Origin: Vagococcus fluvialis
Lineage (GTDB): Bacteria > Bacillota > Bacilli > Lactobacillales > Vagococcaceae
Reading direction: 5' to 3'
Assembly: GCF_003337315.1 (NCBI RefSeq)
Contig: NZ_QPJV01000012.1
Coordinates: 51,247-75,246 of the forward strand
DNA length: 24,000 nt
Shown here: piece by piece, positions 23,277 to 24,000 of the stretch
How the letters are laid out: every line of letters starts with the position of its first letter
Position numbering within the stretch: the first letter of the stretch is position 1
The notes under the pieces: model-generated
What the model was told of the DNA's origin: nothing
What the model saw: the letters and a program-made list of their open reading frames with translations, nothing else
The model's database searches: none
Program-made: the position numbers and the translations under genes

Positions 23277-23834
23277 ATGAAAACAATCGGATATGTATAC
23301 GCATCTAGTGAAGAAAGTTATGTGAAAGAGCAAATTGAAGGATTAAAAAGTGTTAATATTGAAACAGTAACAGTTGAGGAAGAATTAAACGAAGGAATCA
23401 GTCAAAATGATGATGTTTTAAAAGAAATCGTAGCAACTCTTAATTCAGGTGATGAGTTAGTTGTTTATGAATTACGTTGTTTAGGAAAATCTATTATTCA
23501 ATTAGCAGAATTTTTAGCAGAATTAAAAGAAAAAAATATTCAATTAGTAGTTGTTAAAAAAGGTGCTGCATACAGTGATATCGCTGATGGTCCATATGTA
23601 GAGATGATTTTAAAAATCGCTGAAATGGAAAAAATGATTATCCGTGAAAGAACAACTAAAGGATTACAAGAAGCGCGTCGTAAAGGTCGTGTAGGTGGAC
23701 GTCCAAAAATTTCTGAAGAAACAATCGAGCAAATCCGTTTCTTATACAACAACAATCGCTACACTCTTCGTCAAATTGCAGAAGAATGTAATATCTCTTT
23801 AGGAACAGCGTATAAATACGTTCAAGAAAGATAA
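23277..23834 (+). CDS. Serine-recombinase (resolvase/invertase)-fold protein with C-terminal HTH and substituted catalytic residues
   Basis: I moved the start to ATG 23277 (MKTIGYVYASS...), with SD ggggga 7 nt upstream. It is colinear without gaps with gamma-delta/Tn3 resolvase numbering. Y6, S10, G40, G58-D59 and the ERTxxG...GRxGGRPK hinge are kept. However R8 becomes Y, D36 becomes E, R45 becomes D, D67 becomes R, R68 becomes C and R71 becomes K. The C-terminal HTH is YTLRQIAEECNISLGTAYKYV. Confidence 0.75.
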   Translation: MKTIGYVYASSEESYVKEQIEGLKSVNIETVTVEEELNEGISQNDDVLKEIVATLNSGDELVVYELRCLGKSIIQLAEFLAELKEKNIQLVVVKKGAAYSDIADGPYVEMILKIAEMEKMIIRERTTKGLQEARRKGRVGGRPKISEETIEQIRFLYNNNRYTLRQIAEECNISLGTAYKYVQER

Positions 23835-23840
23835 AAATAT

Positions 23841-23886
23841 AAAAGACTTAGACATAACTAAAATGTATGTCTAAGTCTTTTTTTAA
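23841..23886. terminator. Bidirectional terminator after the resolvase-like gene
   Basis: Perfect 16-bp stem, aaaagacttagacata (23841-23856) pairing with tatgtctaagtctttt (23869-23884), extended by a T-run. It abuts the stop of a convergent minus-strand frame. Confidence 0.85.
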
Positions 23887-23999
23887 TTCAATTGATCAAA
23901 TGAATTAAAGTATTGTTTATAAGCTAAGTAAGAAGATATCATTGTAGCAAAACCAGTTGTTGAAATTAACATAAACATAACAACGATTTGATATCTAAT
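23883..23999 (-). CDS. 3' end of a convergent gene (hydrophobic C-terminus; the rest lies outside the window)
   Basis: The minus-strand frame is open from the window edge: ...IRYQIVVMFMLISTTGFATMISSYLAYKQYFNSFDQLN, then stop TAA (23883-23885), ending at the bidirectional terminator. Only 38 codons are visible. Confidence 0.3.
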   Translation of the reverse strand: MRYQIVVMFMLISTTGFATMISSYLAYKQYFNSFDQLN

Positions 24000-24000
24000 A

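Noticed and set aside
23540-23755. Minus-strand ORF 23540-23755
   Set aside because: It is antisense inside the resolvase-like gene and has no signals.
23202-23860. A 9-nt direct repeat ACATAACTA flanking the resolvase-like gene (23202-23210 and 23852-23860), considered as possible element ends or res sites
   Set aside because: A single 9-mer match in AT-rich flanks is within chance expectation. The downstream copy is simply part of the terminator stem, and no inverted repeats or target duplications are evident.
1-24000. Search by eye for CRISPR arrays, tRNA/rRNA genes, IS elements, prophage or toxin-antitoxin/defence modules
   Set aside because: There are no regularly spaced repeats, no cloverleaf-like or rRNA-like segments, no transposase or integrase (other than the degenerate resolvase-like gene), and no unassigned multi-gene block. 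All long ORFs are accounted for by transport or metabolic functions.

Overview
This is a low-GC Firmicute chromosomal segment. The Mpt/Man-type PTS proteins suggest Lactobacillales, possibly Enterococcus- or Vagococcus-like, but that is inferred by eye and no search was run. I found no rRNA, tRNA, CRISPR array or IS/transposase.

Genes from left to right:
1. The 3' part of a soluble FAD fumarate-reductase-type flavoprotein gene, followed by a small MazG-like ORF.
2. A sigma-54/LevR-type regulon. It comprises mptR, a textbook -24/-12 promoter (TGGCAC-N5-TTGC), the mannose-family PTS genes mptB-mptA-mptC-mptD, and manO (DUF956). This is the known class IIa bacteriocin receptor type of Man-PTS.
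3. An oligopeptide ABC transporter split in two. oppA forms its own unit, a small antisense membrane-protein gene follows, and then comes oppBCDF.
4. An approximately 8-kb minus-strand accessory cluster, which is the most interesting part. It encodes a PepV-like M20 peptidase, a GntR/HutC regulator, a glycosylasparaginase-type Ntn hydrolase, a lactose/cellobiose-family PTS EIIB and EIIC, a short Sec-less GrdB-like protein, an M42 paralog with a degenerate active site, and an intact M42 aminopeptidase.
5. A resolvase-like gene whose catalytic arginines are replaced.

The accessory cluster has no glycoside hydrolase and no EIIA. Both of its promoters carry the same AGTATATACT (GTMTAKAC-type) palindrome plus cre-like boxes. 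I propose it is a PTS-dependent system for salvaging glycosyl-asparagine or N-glycopeptides, or another amino-acid conjugate. That proposal is a hypothesis, not a demonstrated function.

Several ORF-track starts were moved to the Met that has a Shine-Dalgarno sequence.
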